Positions 50,877 through 64,000 of a DNA stretch of 64,000 nt are shown here, one piece after another; position 1 is the stretch's first letter; each line of letters begins with the position of its first letter. The DNA comes from Guillardia theta CCMP2712. Its lineage: Eukaryota; Protista; Cryptophyta. The notes beneath the pieces are model-generated. The model ran no database searches. It had not been told where the DNA came from and was given only the letters and a program-made list of their open reading frames with translations. The DNA lies in assembly GCF_000315625.1 (NCBI RefSeq), contig NW_005434639.1, positions 319,511 through 383,510 of the forward strand. Direction: 5' to 3'. The position numbers and the translations under genes are program-made.

Positions 50877-53800
50877 TCACACAGCAATCGGAGGTCTCCT
50901 CGTGGTCCCAACGTGTTCCAGCCAAGGCATCGTCGCTTCCTCCTCATATCGAATGTGCCCGACCTGCTCGACGTCACTTCTCCTTCCCTTCTCACTCCAT
51001 CCTCCCGCTCCTTCCCGCCCTCCATACCATGTAGTCGTTGAGCCGCTCCAGAGCATCCACGACTCCCTGCATTTCCTGTCCGAGCATGTCAGCAAGTCAT
51101 TTCCCTCCTCTCCCTCGTCTCTTCCTCCTCTCCCTCGTCTCTTCCTCCTCTCCCTCACATGGTTTGACAGCTGCTCGAAGTCTCCCGCACTGCTGACGTT
51201 TTCAGAAAACGAGGAGAGCTAAGTGAGGAGGAGGAGGAGGAGGAGGAGGAACATGCGCAGGCGCAGGAGAAAGAGAAGGACCTGTAGCGATCGTGCAGCT
51301 GCTGCAGAAGTTTCCCAACTCCGGCATTGACGTCATCGACTGACTTGTGACGCTCGGGGTCGAGGATGCTGTGAGAGGGTGAGAACAATCGAGAGAGAGA
51401 GGAACAGGAGGAGAACCGATCGACGTCTCTGGCACTCTGAGGAAAGAGCGACTTGACCTGCAAGCAAGGAATCAGAGAGTGGAGGCACGGAGCAGCAGGA
51501 GTGCAAGCTAGAGGACGACGGGGCACGAGGAGGAGTCCAATGTACACAGGATGAGGATGAGATAGTGGAGGTGCGGGAGGGAGAGGTAGCAGACGAGCAG
51601 GAGGAGGGTCAGATTCAACCATGGGAAAGAGCATGGTGTCCTCTACAGCCTCGTGCTCGGCGAGGAACGCGATGTAGTCTTGAAACCTCGCCTGCGGCAG
51701 ACTCAGGTCCTGTCTTCCTCCTCCTGTCGTACCTGAAGAGCAACCAACCCTATCTCCGCTGACGCCGCTGAGTTCGCCATGATGAGGAGCCTCTGCGGGG
51801 AATTCAAAGGAGAAAGCGAGATGAGAGGGGCGAACTCGGAGAAGGGACAGAGGGCGGAAGGAGAAAGAGGAGGAGGAGGAGGAGGAGGAGGAGGAGGAGG
51901 AAGTCAGACCTGAAGCTCAGATCGCATAAGTTCGTGCTGACCCAGCCAGAGATTCACAAGCCTCTCCTGCTGAACTCGATTTGCCTGCATGAGGGCATGA
52001 GGGCATGGCGAATACTAGGATCTCAACAGAGAGAGTTGCGTGCATGCGATCTCATCACACCCGACACGAATGCATCGTACACATGGTCGCAGTCGTCGTC
52101 AGCATCATTGTCATACCTGAAGACCATCTTCGAGCTCCTTTACCATGGCGAAGGTCAACTTTGTTTCCGTGCTCCTCTCAACTGCCAGCAGGTCAACGGC
52201 GGCCACGTCACTTCCTCAGTCTCACCGTTGACTTGTTGTGAGTGCAGCCTCTGGTGTAAGCTCGAATGGACCTGAGCGGGAGACAAGTCAGAGGAGGGCA
52301 GGGAAGTAGAGGAGGAGGAGGAAGAACTCAAAGAGCCAGGAGAGGAGGACCGGACCTGATCTTTCAGTCTGTCTACATTCTGTTTCGCTGTTCTTGCTCT
52401 CAGTATCCTCGTCAGCTGCTCGTGCATAACTCGCTCTCCGCCTTGCACGCTTGCGTCCCCTACCGCCTGATGTGGCTGTCAGCTTGTCTGCCGGTGGGGA
52501 GGAGGAGGAGGAGGAGGAGGAGAGTAGGAGACAAGGAAGTCAGGGAGACCTGGATGGCATCCATTGCTCTGTCGATGCAGCTTTCGCACTCCAGGCTCAA
52601 GCGCTTCAGGTGCGAGGAGAGCGCGTCCAACGTGCGCGTGTCTTGATCCTTGAGGCTGATGCCCCCGCATAAATCTTCCGCCTGCGAGCTCAAGCGCAAC
52701 GTGTAGGCCTCGATGTGAGAGACGAACTGCTTGCAGCTGAACAGCCTCTCGAGGGCTGAGATCTTGCGCCTGATCAGCTCCTGCTGTCTCTCCTGCTCAA
52801 AGTACAGGCTCGCCATCCTCTCCCCGGACTGCAATCCCCCGGCTCCTGCCCCCAGGGCGCATCTCCACTCGTCGAGTTGGAAGCCGATGAGTCTGTGGGG
52901 GCCATGGCGGAGGAAGCACAACCAGGGGTCGTCCGTCCTCGCGAGCTCCCAGAGAGACTCGGCGATCCACGAAGCCATCTTGACAGGGACAAGGATGCTG
53001 CCCGCCCGCCACTCCTCGAAGTGAATCGCGTCAATGTGGTCGGCCAGGAGGCTGTGCAGGAGGTTCCCAGGCTCTAGCGTCTGCCGGAGAGCCTTGTCCA
53101 TGAAGAAAGGCTCGAGGTGAGCAGGGTAGTAGAGGCAGATGTCGCCGTAGCGCTTCTCCCTGCTGCAGATGATAGTCCGCTCGTTGCTGTCCAGGCGGTA
53201 CACGTCCTTGTTGACCCACCCCAGGTTGACGTATTTGCCGAAGAACTTCTGCCAGGAGATGCTCTCCACCTCACAGAGCTCCGTCAAGGTCGCGTCCTCG
53301 ATCCTCACCTCTCCCTCCAGCCCGTGATTGAATGACGTGATCACTACCTGCACCTTGGCCGGCTTCGAGTCAACCTGTCGGCAGCAGGAGCGATGGAATT
53401 CCTCTCCCTCCTCTTGTAGCTCAACGAAGGTCACGGCGTCTTTGTTGATAGTGAGGCCTTGAGTGAAGGAGAGAAGGCAAATGATTTCTTTCATGAGCTG
53501 CTCCTTCGCCGCTTCCGTCACCTTGCTTGAAACTTGAACCCTTACCAGTGACATCAGAGACACGAGGCACGCGGAGCACGCGGAACCTGATTCGCTCATT
53601 TGGGGTAGGAGGAGACATCTTATGTACACTGAAGAGGACATGCATGAGTGAGTTCATGGCGTCGGGGGATGGAGCGAGTCGAGACTCGAGCTGCTTTCAC
53701 GTCAGGCGCAAGGAGAACATTCATGTCCCTCACTCGTCGATGAAGAAGTCGCTTCAGGTGAAGAAGTTTCGCACAGATGCTCGACTTGTCGCAGTCCTCG

Positions 53801-54471
53801 AGATCGCCTGAAGTATCAGAGTGACTGAGGGAGAAGGAGCATGACCCAGACCTTCGAACACAAGCAGAACTTCCTTAACTTGTGGGACCTGAGGCGGAGG
53901 TGAGGTAACACAAGGGCCCAAGGGCCTCATACCTTTCTCTTCTTTGCCACTGGCATGACGCACAGCTCCTGCACAAGACCGTCAATGCCATGAGTGCTCC
54001 CAGCGCGGTTGACTTCATCCAGGTACGCCGAGTGCGTGCTTGTCTCCTGCACCTTCAGGTCACAACCACAAATCGCGGCAGGGAGATGAAGGACCAGGTT
54101 CTGATCGAGGTTGATGTCCGAATGGTTTCGAAGCTTCTGCACTAGAGTTTCAAGTTTGCTCCCCAACTCTTCATGGACACATCTAAGTCAGGGTCTGCAG
54201 AACTTCACTTGCGACTTGAACCTTCATTCTCCCGTTTGAGCATGTCCAGTTGAAGTTGGCGATTCCATTCCGCATCTTCTGCGAAAGAGAGGACGTGAGG
54301 CAACGATCGACTCTTCGCTCCTCACTCACCTCCTGTGCTTCTATTCTGAGAATCCACAAGACCTGCAGCACATTCCCTGCTTCTCAGCTTCCCATCGCAT
54401 TCAAAGTTCACTCGACCGTCTCCATGAGGATGGAATCGACAGGGAGGGTTTTCCGCCTGATCAGGCTGCAT
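50877..54471 (-). CDS. Large multi-exon hypothetical protein with coiled coils (ends approximate)
   Basis: Long ORF 52460-53641 with coding-like codon usage, plus many GT-AG-bounded exons. No family recognised. Confidence 0.55.
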
Positions 54472-55104
54472 GGGCGCTGCAGCATTACTTAGTCATCGGG
54501 CACGAAGAGGAGGAGACGAGAAAACCATGTGAAGTTGACATGTCCTGAGTGAAGGGAGGCGAATCAAAAGAACCCCATCGGCCGTGAGATCTCGATCACT
54601 CTGCCAACCAAGTCAGCTCAACGGCTGGAAGCACTTCAGTCAAGAACACCGACCCACTTCAACCCTTAGTCTACGTCTTTCCTGAAATTGTGTAGAATCG
54701 AATGGTGATTTCGAGCGGATTTAACCGAACGAGGGAAGTAAATTCAGCTTTGTTTCCGGTCACACCACAATCCTATATTACCCCTGAATCACCGCGTGGT
54801 CATGCCAGCTACCTGCTCACATCTTGCCTGGTTCTCCTCTCCAACCCTCTCATCAACTTGTCTGAAATCAGCTGGTTTGGTCGAACCAGCTCCACACTGT
54901 GAGTCTTATGGACTGAAACCTCTCATACCACATTGCCATTCGATTGCGTGAAACTGCTGCTGAACCCTGGTACAACTTGACACTCATGCTTCACATCAAC
55001 GGTTGTGATGCCTCTCCTCTCCTCCCCCCTCCTCTCCTCTCCTCTCCTCTCGCCTCTCTCCTCCCCTCGCTAGCATGTTCCTGCCGCTAAATGTTCACAG
55101 TAAT

Positions 55105-55310
55105 CTCAGCACCCCACCCCCTCGATTTCTTTCAACCCAGCCACCACCCTCTTTGACACAAGTACCTTCATACCCCTACCCACTACCACTGACTCTAGCA
55201 TTTGTTCGGGATTATACACCCCTTATGAAGTACCCTACCCTACTCAAACATGTGCTGTTGAGCACTCACTCGTTCACCACCCCTTGTGTTATCTACCCCA
55301 CCCCCTTCCT
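55105..55310. promoter_or_regulatory. ACCCC motif array in a divergent intergenic region
   Basis: Repeated accccacccc/tacccctacc/taccccacccc motifs, all C-rich on the + strand. Confidence 0.5.
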
Positions 55311-55401
55311 CACTTCTTAAAATCTCCCACTGTTTAAAATACTGTTTTAAAGCCGTTACTTCTTTGCAAATTCCTATGTAACGGTTACCGCAATCCAAAC
55401 C

Positions 55402-57596
55402 ATGGCGTGGGCACTTATCGGCAGAGGTCCACAGCGGCTGATGGCGACGATGGCGGAGGAGGAGAAGGAGGAGGAGGATTTCACAGATTATGAGGTGAAA
55501 ACGACTAGATCCAACGGAAATTCTTCCAAGAGAGATGCACACAGATCAAGAATGTCCCCGGGAACGAGGAGTGGCAGAGAGGAGGGAAAGCTGGACGGGG
55601 GGGTACAGGAGCATGTAGAGCGAGCAGAAACGCCGAGAACGCATGAAAACGACGATGGCATTGACTACAAAGCTCAGGAAAGGTCCGCTGGAATCGACAG
55701 GAGAACATCTAGCAGCCACGGGAACTCGGTTCTGAAGGGAGAGATAGTTTCTAAGTACGCAAGGTTTCTGGCTCTCAGAGACTTGCAACGGATGAGCGAA
55801 GAGCAAGCAGCGAGACGGATGGTGGTATCATTGAAAGTGAAGAGCCAAGAGGACGTTCCTGCACTTGCTGCCTTCCTAGCGCGAAAAGAACAGAAGTTGA
55901 AAGAAGTGATGGTCGAAGCAACGTCACTCGACTTTGTAAAGACTCTGGAGGTTTCAGGACAAGTGAGAATGATAGCGAGTGTTGGAGGGGGGCGAAAGTC
56001 GATGCTACGATTCACGGGGCCCATGGTGGGCCTTCGACTCACAACCGTCTCCTCTCAGCTGATCCTGCAAGGCATCGACTTGGAGATGTTTTCCTCCGTA
56101 CGACCAGCTTGTCGAGAGATCCAGGCAAACAAAGCCGCTGCTTCCCCTCCTCCTGCTTCCCCTCGTGTATCTCCTGTTCTCCTCCTAGAGCGACTGACGT
56201 GTCTTGCTTCAGGTTGTATCCAAGCCGCTTGTCCATGCTCCAACGTCTGGACATGCCGTGAAGGAGAAGGTGAGGGGTGGTGGGGTTGGCGTAACTGAAT
56301 GACAGCAGGGGTTCTACTTCAACGACGACCAACTACCGACATGCTTGTCTGTGAGCGGAGGGACTGCCGTCTGTCAGCGATGCTCCTTCAGCAACGCGAA
56401 TGGCGATGGCATCCTCGTGACGGCAAAGGGGGGAGTCGAGCTCGACGACTGCGATGTCCAGGTAACGCTCAACTCCCCCCCCCCAGCCATGAGAGACAAG
56501 TCGCTGCTTGACTCGTGCTCTAGAGCTGCGGGAGATTTGGAGCTATGGTGCTAGGGGAGGCAAAGCTGCTGGGCAGCAACGTGAGACTGCGAGGCAACGG
56601 AGGCAGTGGATGTCTCGTCAAGGGTCTTGGCTCCTCCTGCGAATTCTCCTCCTCCTCCTTCCATAACAACATGCGTGGAGGTCTCCTGCTTCAGGAAGGA
56701 GCCACCGCCGTGCTGGAGTCCAGCTCAGTCTTGGAGAACGGAGAGTCTGGCATCCACCTGAAGTCGAGCTCGCACTGCAAGCTCTTCTCTTGGTGACCTG
56801 TCGCACCTCCTCCCCCCTGCGTGCTCGTGCTCCCATCCCAGCCACCCTTGTCTACCGTCCTCCATCCTCTTGACCTCTCTTGTCCTCCCTCTCCGCTCTC
56901 TGACCTCTTCTCCAGCTCTGTCGGACGCAATCGACTTCACGGAGTCTTCGCCATTGGCACAGCAGGGGAGCAGCAGGCGCGAGAAGATCCGCTCCTGCAG
57001 ATGAGAGGGTGGAGGCCAATGGAGCAGCAAAGACGGGCCAGTAGAAACTTCACCAGCGTGAGGATGGAGGACGTGCGACTTGAGGACAACGGAGGAGACG
57101 GCGTGAGGGCGGAGGGCCTCGCCTCCTCCTGCCTCCTCAAGTCATGTCAACTCCTCGTGAACTCAAGAAGCGGAGCTGCCGCCTCTGCTGGTGGCAGCAT
57201 CTGCCTGCTCTCCTGCTCTGTGCGAGGCAACAGGGAGATCGGGCTTGTGGCGTCTGGCAAGGGAGCGAGGCTGCTCTGCTCCCATGTGGAGATCGCTGGG
57301 AGCAGCATGGGAGTGCTGTGCTCTGCTGCGAAGGTCGTGAAGGAGAGGAGAGAGACTGACGAGGCTCACAGTCTCTGCAGGTTGAGCTCGTGAGCTCAAG
57401 GTGCGGCAAGAGTCGCGTGAAAGACTTGGAGCAGACCGGAGGAGGGGAGATATCATTCCATGCAGGAGAAGAGCTGCGAGGCTGGATGGAGCACGAGGAA
57501 GGAGCTCCGGTCCCAGGGAAGGAGGACATGGCATGGCTGAAGGAGGTGAGGGAAATGCTGCCAACTAACTCGTGGAGAACTTGGCATGGATTCTAA
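55402..57596 (+). CDS. Right-handed parallel beta-helix (pectin-lyase-like fold) protein
   Basis: Repeats CSFSNANGDGILV, VRLRGNGGSGCLV, SFHNNMRGGLLL, VLENGESGIHL, LEDNGGDGVRA, VRGNREIGLV. Confidence 0.8.
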
Positions 57597-57655
57597 TCTC
57601 TTAAAGCAAGCTCTCCTTTGCTGTGCTGTCCTCTCCTCCCCTTGTTTCTCTACTC

Positions 57656-60523
57656 TCACATTTCGTGAGGTATCCACACATTCTTCACGTGCGTTGCGGC
57701 TTGAAGGAGCTCGAGCGTTGTCTCTGTATGAAGAATGAGACTCGAGCGTTGCCCTTTTATCTCACCTTGAGTGCTGGTGAACCAGTCGCGGCTGCTCTCC
57801 TCCTCCACAAACAATCTCTTCATGCTGTCAGCTGATGCTGACTCCACCTTGGCGATGCTGTCCTTGGAGCCGAAGAACCACAGCGAGTCCACAGCTCGAT
57901 GCTCGGCGAGCACGAGAGCGAGAGGCTGCTTGCTCCCCGTCACCACATTGACCACACCTGCTGTACGTTGAGCGACAACCAGGAGAAGAACCCTGTGCTC
58001 ACCAGGAGGGACGTCCGAGGTCTCGAGTATCTGGTACAAGTCCGCTGCAATCATGGGGTGTCTCTCGCTGCCCTCAACTCAGACTCTCCTCCCCCCCCTC
58101 CATCGGCACCTCGGGATGATCACGACCGCGTTTCCTCGTGACAAGGCTGCCGCGAGCAGCGACATCAACGACAGGAGCGGATGACTGCTGGGACAGACAA
58201 TCCCAACGACTCCGACAGCCTCGTGCATCGCCATCACTGTCCCGTCCAGCGTCGTCTCTTGCACTGATCCCCCGTACTTGTCTGCGTAGGCCGCGAAGGA
58301 GAAGATCCTCGAGATGGACACGTTCACCTCCTCCTTTGCCTCCTGCAGCGACCTCATCATCTCTTCTTCCGCTCGCCCTACTCTTGTTCATCGCCCTCCT
58401 CTCGCTCACCAGCGCGCTGCATCCGGTCATGGTCATGATCCTCTGCTCGAGCTCTCGCGCCCTGGCGCTCACGTTCTCGGCCAAGTAGTAGAGGATCTAC
58501 AGGTGACGCTCACGCCTGCCCCCCCTTTTCAACCACCAGCACCATCACCTGCGCTCGGCTGTGCCCCGGCTTGGCAGCCCAGGAGGAGAGAGCAGAGGAA
58601 GCAGCTTCTACAGCATCTCTGATGTCTTTTCTGCTCCCGTTGCAGACCTACGAGGCGAGGAGGCGGGAGCAAGAGTCAATCTCGACGAGGCGCGAGAGAA
58701 GAAAGACTCACGTGTCCGATGAGCTCTTTGTTGTGCGAGAGAACAGGCACAGATAAACCTGAGTCACTCCTCACCTGCTTGCCTCCGACGAAGAGCTTGT
58801 TCGTCCTGTCCACTTGAGCAAACTCCTCTGAAGAGACTGACATCTTCGAGTTTGATCCGACACCCTGTTCTTGCCCGTCATCGCGCCTTTCAGCTTTTCC
58901 CTGCTTGACTTTTCCCTTCCAGGCAGGCAAGAGGTACTCGAAAATGCCCTCCTTTCCTCCCTCCCGCCCAAATCCTGACTCCTTGCATCCTCCAAATCCT
59001 GCAGCAGCGTCGAATACATTGTGCGAGTTTATCCAGACAACTCCTGCTCGAATCTTCTTCGCCATCTCCATTGCTACACACGTCTTCTCTGTCCAGATGG
59101 AAGCGGCAAGACCGTACCTAACGTTGTTGGCCAGCAAACAAGCTTCCTCTGGCGTGCGGAAAGTGTGGAGGACGAGGACAGGGCCAAAGATTTCATCCTG
59201 AGAGAGGGAGGAGCAGGTTTGAAGTCCGAGGATGAGAGTTGGCTTGAAGAAATAACCCTTGCTGGGGTTGAAAGACAAGTTGGACTGAAAAATCTCTCCT
59301 CCTTCTTTCCTGCCTTCATCCACGAACGTCGAGATGGTTCGGAGTTGATTCGCGTTATTGATTGCTGCCATGTCTGCATTCTTGTCTAGAGAGTTGCCCA
59401 TCCGAAGTCTCTCAATTCGCTCCTTCAGCTTAGTCACCAGCTTGTCCTTCACTCCCTCCTGTACCAGCAGGCGCGACCCTGCACAGCAGACCTGCCCCTG
59501 GTTCATGAAGATGCTGTCGACACATCCCTCCACACACGCGTCAAGGTCTGCGTCCTGCAAGACGATCATCGCACTCTTGCCTCCCAGCTCCATTGTGAGC
59601 TTGACATCTCTGCCGGCCAGCTGCTTCCTGATCTGCTTGCCCACGGAAGTGGAACCAGTGAAGGCAACCTGGAGGAGAAGCGTGAGATGGAAGCGTATGA
59701 TGCAGCGAGAGGAAGCGAGAGGCTACCTTGCTGATGGCCGGGTGAGCAACAAGGTAGCTCGCCATCTCGTTGTCGCCGGTGATGACGTTGACAACCCCCG
59801 GCGGCAACCCAATCTCCTTGAGGATGTCGCAGAACAGGAAGGCTGACAGGCGGGTCGAAGGCGCTGAGATCAGAGTCACGGAAGAGAAGGACGACTTGGA
59901 GGAGATTTCGACCTGGTTTGAGGACGACTGTGTTCCCCATGGCGAGAGCAGGAGCAAGCTTCCATGACAGCATCAGCAGAGGAAAGTTCCTGCAAAGACG
60001 CTTAGGGGCCTCCTGACCTCGTTGCCTCTCACCACGGGATGATGCAAGCCACCACTCCCAGAGGACGGTATCCAGCAAACTCCTGCTCTTGGAGTTGAGC
60101 CCAACCAGCATGGTGGTAGAAATGTCTGACAGCCAGAGGCACGTCGATGTTCTTGCTCTCCCTGATCGTCTTTCCATTGTCCAAGGACTCGATTCCAGCC
60201 AACAGCTTGTGGTGTCGCTGCATGCTCCGGGCGATGGCGTAAAGGTACTTTGCTCTCTCATGTCCTGTCAGCGCAGACCAGCTCTTGAAGGCTTCTGCCG
60301 CTGCTGCCACCGCCTGGTCCACCTCCTCCTTACCTGCCTGCTCGCATTCAGCCAGAACCTCTTCAGTGCAAGGGTCCACGCTAGGAGCGAAAGCTGGAGA
60401 GGGAGAGAATCTGAACTCTCCTCCAACAAACGTCCCGAACTTGCGAGCATGGCGCTCGAGCCACTTCATCTCCTCCTCCACCTTCTCTTTCGCCTCCCCA
60501 TAGTCCAGCCGAAGCGCCTCCAT
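57656..60523 (-). CDS. ALDH16: Aldehyde dehydrogenase family 16 (ALDH domain plus extra C-terminal Rossmann-like domain)
   Basis: LDYGEA..WL, ESLDNGK, IIPWNFPLLM, FTGST, TMELGGKS, NQGQVCCAGSRL, DEIFGPVL, GGCKESGFGREGG, DRTNKLFVGGKQVRSD, DIRDAVEAA, RAQILYYLAEN, VKNVWIP. Confidence 0.92.
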
Positions 60524-61024
60524 TGCAATTCTTCCACCACCCCACCCTTTGGCAGAATTGAATATGAAAGAGAGGGGTGGTCTAGGTTCTCAATAGATGC
60601 GCCCAGTGGCGGCATGTTTGCAGGGCGGGAAGAGAGGCGAGGGAGGGAGGGAGCAAGCGAGCAAGGGTGGGAGGAAACAAGCGAGCAAGGGAGCAAGGGA
60701 GCAAGGGAGCAAGGGGGAGACAGCAATAGAGGGAGGGCGGAGGCGAGAGGAGTAAGAGAAGGAGAGGAGGAAAGGAGGAGGCCAACAAGGGAGCGAGTGA
60801 AGGACAGTGAAGGTGCCAGGGAACGAAGGGGGAATGTATTAGGATGGAGGGTGGATAGAAATATGGAAAGGGGCAAGATGGGAGCGGAAGCGAGCGAGCA
60901 ACTGAAGGGAAAATGCAATTTAATAATGATAGGAAGAGTGAGGAAGCTGTGGGCAGCAGGCAATGCTGTTGCCCAAACCTTGAGCCTCAGAGGTGACGTC
61001 GGGATCACTGAAAGTTGTGACAAT

Positions 61025-61445
61025 GGTGGAGGGGGGGTAGGTGCGAAGCTGCTGATCCTATCAAATGACTGGGGACGGCATGCGTCGCTGTTGTCTGTCG
61101 CCGAGCATGCGGGGACGGCGGCGAGTTTTGACATGCACCAGGTGGTGGGTGAGTGAGTGGGGGTGGGTCAGGGGTGGGTTGCGACTGTGTGGATATGAGG
61201 GCGATGAAGATTATGCAGGTTTCCCTTCCGAGTCAAGAGGGGTTGTCCTGCCTGGTTAAGAAGGGGGTGGTTACACTGTAACTGTGGGGTAGAGATGCTG
61301 TGTTGAGCCTGGAGAGAGGGGTGGGTGGTGGGTGGTTTTACTACTACGCTTCCTCATCACCCTAGGGGTCATGTTGGTGAGCAGGGTAGGGTGGTTTAAT
61401 ACTGAAAACGAGGGGTGTTTCGATAAGTGTTTTGCAGGGTGGAAA
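61025..61445. promoter_or_regulatory. GGGGT motif array in a divergent intergenic region
   Basis: Many ggggt/gggtgggt/gggtagggt motifs, G-rich on the + strand, upstream of the + strand gene at 62247. Confidence 0.5.
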
Positions 61446-61986
61446 ATATAGTGAGTGGAAATTTTTTCCATAAACCTCCCAACATTTCATGAAGGATTTT
61501 ATAGGAATATTCTTTGATTAATATATTTCAACAACTAATAGTGAGGGATGTTTATGTTTTCTATAAACATGCCATATTCCTGCAATAATTCCGATGTGAC
61601 GATGTGAGCACAACTACCAATCCTCCTCCTCCTCCTCCTCCTCCACCACCACCACCACCACCACTACCCAATCCTCCTGCTACATATGCACATTTCTTTC
61701 CTCAGAGAACATATCAAGAAGCTCATGCCTGCTAGTATGATCTTATCATCTCTGCAATCATGATCGCCATGTCCCATTGCCATCTTCTCGTACCTTGAAT
61801 GAATACTCACTCGTGTTGTCTTGCCATCCATGGAATTCTGCTATATATCATCACATCTCTCATTTCCATCCTTGGAATCATCGTCGCAATTATATTAGTG
61901 GCCAATGTTATCATCAGATCGTTCTTTTTGTTCGTTGTGGGACACGTCACGACCTTCTTCTCCCCTGCTTTCTCCTCAGCCGCTAC

Positions 61987-62086
61987 CACAGTCCCCATCA
62001 TCACAGTCCCCATCATCACAGTCACCATCATCACAGTCACCATCATCACAGTCACCATCATCACAGTCACCATCATCACCACAGTC
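61987..62086 (+). repeat. 15-bp tandem repeat CACAGTC(A/C)CCATCAT, ~6.5 copies
   Basis: Seen directly. Confidence 0.9.
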
Positions 62087-62246
62087 CAACAGTGCGCTGA
62101 CTTGATTGTTTCAAGATGCCTGGTCGATGATAAGTTTCCAAGACAACCTCCCCTGCAATTGCACAGAGCAGGCGGACACCGTCTGAGCTAGCGGGGAGAG
62201 GCTTGTGAGAGAAGCACAAGGAGAGGCTTGTGAGAGAAGCATCACG

Positions 62247-64000
62247 ATGGACAAGGAAAGACAGAAGGAGCATTTGAAAGGAAGAAAGAGGAGGGAAGTG
62301 CACGGCTCCCCATGGCACCTCGGGCAGTACATGGCGACTTGGACAGCGCCAGAAGAGAAGGAGAAGAACGAGAACGAGAAGAAGAGAAGACGCTTGTGTT
62401 CCTGCAAGAGACAGAACCGTACTTTCTTCGTCGTGATGTCGTTTGGGATTCTATTCCTCTTGACTCTCTTGCATCTCATGCTCCCGCCTTTGGGTGAGGA
62501 TCGCGTCAAGCTTGTCTGGCAACCCGCGCTGGTTCTCGATCAAGAGCTTGTTTCCTTGGGGCTTACCTTCATGCCAGGACGCCTCTGTCTTGAACCGCAC
62601 GAAACAAGAGTTCTTGGTCTTCAAGGAGAACCAGTCTCTCCCGACTTTCGGGATAACAGGAGGAAGGTATGACAAGAAGACAGGAAAGAAGTCAGATTGC
62701 AATACCCGACTGGTCAAGTTCTGTAATGGCATGTGTAGCAAGCATGGTTCTTCCCCACCTGAGGTCTGCTTGTGCCGACACACTGGGTCAGGCTGTTGAC
62801 AACCACCGCGCAGGAGCTCAAGTCTCCTGGCCTGCTCCAGCTCCGCGGAAATCTTTCCGAAGACTCGCAGTGCTTCCTGTGGTATACAAACGCGATATGG
62901 ACGAGGCCGACGGCTGGCAGAGCAGGGTTGATGTTGTCACGTCTAGGTATCACAATCCTTCCCTTCCGCCTCCTCCGCTCCCCCTCCTCCGCGTTCCCTT
63001 GTTCTTCGTTTCCATATCATGTAACTGCGTCGCTGCAGGTGCAGGCGTGGACAACAAGGCTTACTTTGCTCAAGCTGTGTCCGAGTACGTGGAGAGGAAT
63101 GGCTGCAAGTACTTCCAGGTGAAAAACTGCTTGCTTGAACTCTGCTTACTCGCCGTAGTTCACACCTCCTACCCTCGACCTTGGCGAGCAGCATGGATGC
63201 TTTGCCTTCTTTTACAACAATGCGAGATATGCCACATCTCCCCAGGCCCTCTGGTTCCTAAAGAAGTCAAAGGGTTCGACTGGGTAACGACATTCCTTCC
63301 TTCCTCTACCTCTCCTCCACCACGCCTGCTCCCTTGGCAGCTGATTTGTAGATCAGGAGACATGTGCGGCTGATCACTCGCGAGGAAGTGGAGCAAATTG
63401 CAGCGAAGCAACAGGACATGTAAAGCAACGCCACCTCCAAGTTCCCTCTGCTCATCTCCTTTCCCTATTTCATGTCCTCCCTCTCATCCTGGCTTGCTCA
63501 GTCTCTTCCTTCCTCCCCGCTGTGCTGCCATCCACCTCTGGCTTACGCTTGATCAGGTGCCCACGCAGCGGAGGGCTGGCAAGCTTGGAGGTGCCGGACA
63601 TGTGGACGATAAAGGGCCACAAGTTCGATCATCGCATCTACGTGCTCGTTCCGTCCATGGAGCCCTGGACCATCTTCTTCCGACCGGGTCACCTTCGCTT
63701 CTCAGTCTTCAATCACACCAACGCCACTCGCACCCGCGCCAAGAAGCTCGTGTTCCTCAACGACTCCGACAACTCGGCGGCGGAGACCGACCCCTACCTC
63801 GCCACTCACGTCACCAACCCTCGATTTGGCCTCGCCCACACCAACAAGTCCCAGGAAGTCCTTCGGCCTGTCGAGACGCTCCGCTCGGCCCTCGAGGAGG
63901 AGCTTGGGGTCACTCGCGGGCGGCAGGCGTGGAGGAAGCTGAGCCTGAGCGTGAGAAATGCGGCACTGAGCGCCATCTTCTCTGTGAGGTACCGCAGCTG
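62247..64000 (+). CDS. Tubulin-tyrosine-ligase (TTL/TTLL, ATP-grasp) family protein with N-terminal TM anchor; 3'-truncated
   Basis: Basic N-terminus then TFFVVMSFGILFLLTLLHLML; GVDNKAYF; LWFLKKS; HKFDHRIYVLVPSMEPWTIFFRPGHLRFS; THVTN, matching the TTL motifs KFDxRxYVLV and HLTN. Confidence 0.75.

Noticed and set aside
60089-61156. 355-aa + strand ORF and overlapping 222-aa minus ORF
   Set aside because: Low-complexity purine-rich upstream sequence plus ALDH16 antisense; no domain signal.
61777-62191. His-rich or ITVTI-repeat ORFs
   Set aside because: Arise from a 15-bp tandem repeat that is open in several frames; no independent coding evidence.

Overview
Gene-dense eukaryotic nuclear DNA with many short (~40-60 nt) GT-AG introns, often carrying a CTGAC-like branch point, and microsatellite- or purine-tract-filled introns. 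The style suggests a cryptophyte alga (Guillardia/Hanusia-like); this is inference, not verified. About 19 protein-coding genes were reconstructed by manual splicing. Recognisable ones are a SAYSvFN (SAYSD1-like) protein, METTL25-like, YY1-like, MSS51-like+CS, a SLC25A38-like carrier, MTRR, an EML-type WD40 protein, a right-handed beta-helix protein, ALDH16 and a TTL-family ligase. The dominant feature is a ~17.5 kb minus-strand gene (~23434-40888) with a ~15.6 kb intron-free exon. It encodes a ~5,700-aa surface protein: N-terminal anchor, beta-rich region, bacterial-type cadherin-like/FN3 modules in three near-identical 1329-bp repeats, IPT/TIG repeats, polycystin-type REJ + degenerate GPS, Cys-rich repeat/EGF, ZU5 with an HFS autoproteolysis motif, TM and an acidic tail. 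Nearby are a ZU5-like-TM-PDZ receptor gene and a probable GPI-anchored protein gene. Intergenic regions show a recurring architecture of strand-oriented GGGGT/ACCCC motif arrays and CCGG/TGAGTCA-rich islands. Three single-base frameshifts (giant gene, MTRR, an HDxxH protein) most likely reflect assembly error. No rRNA, tRNA, CRISPR array or recognisable transposase was seen. All domain calls are by eye from motifs, not from database searches, and spliced gene ends are approximate.
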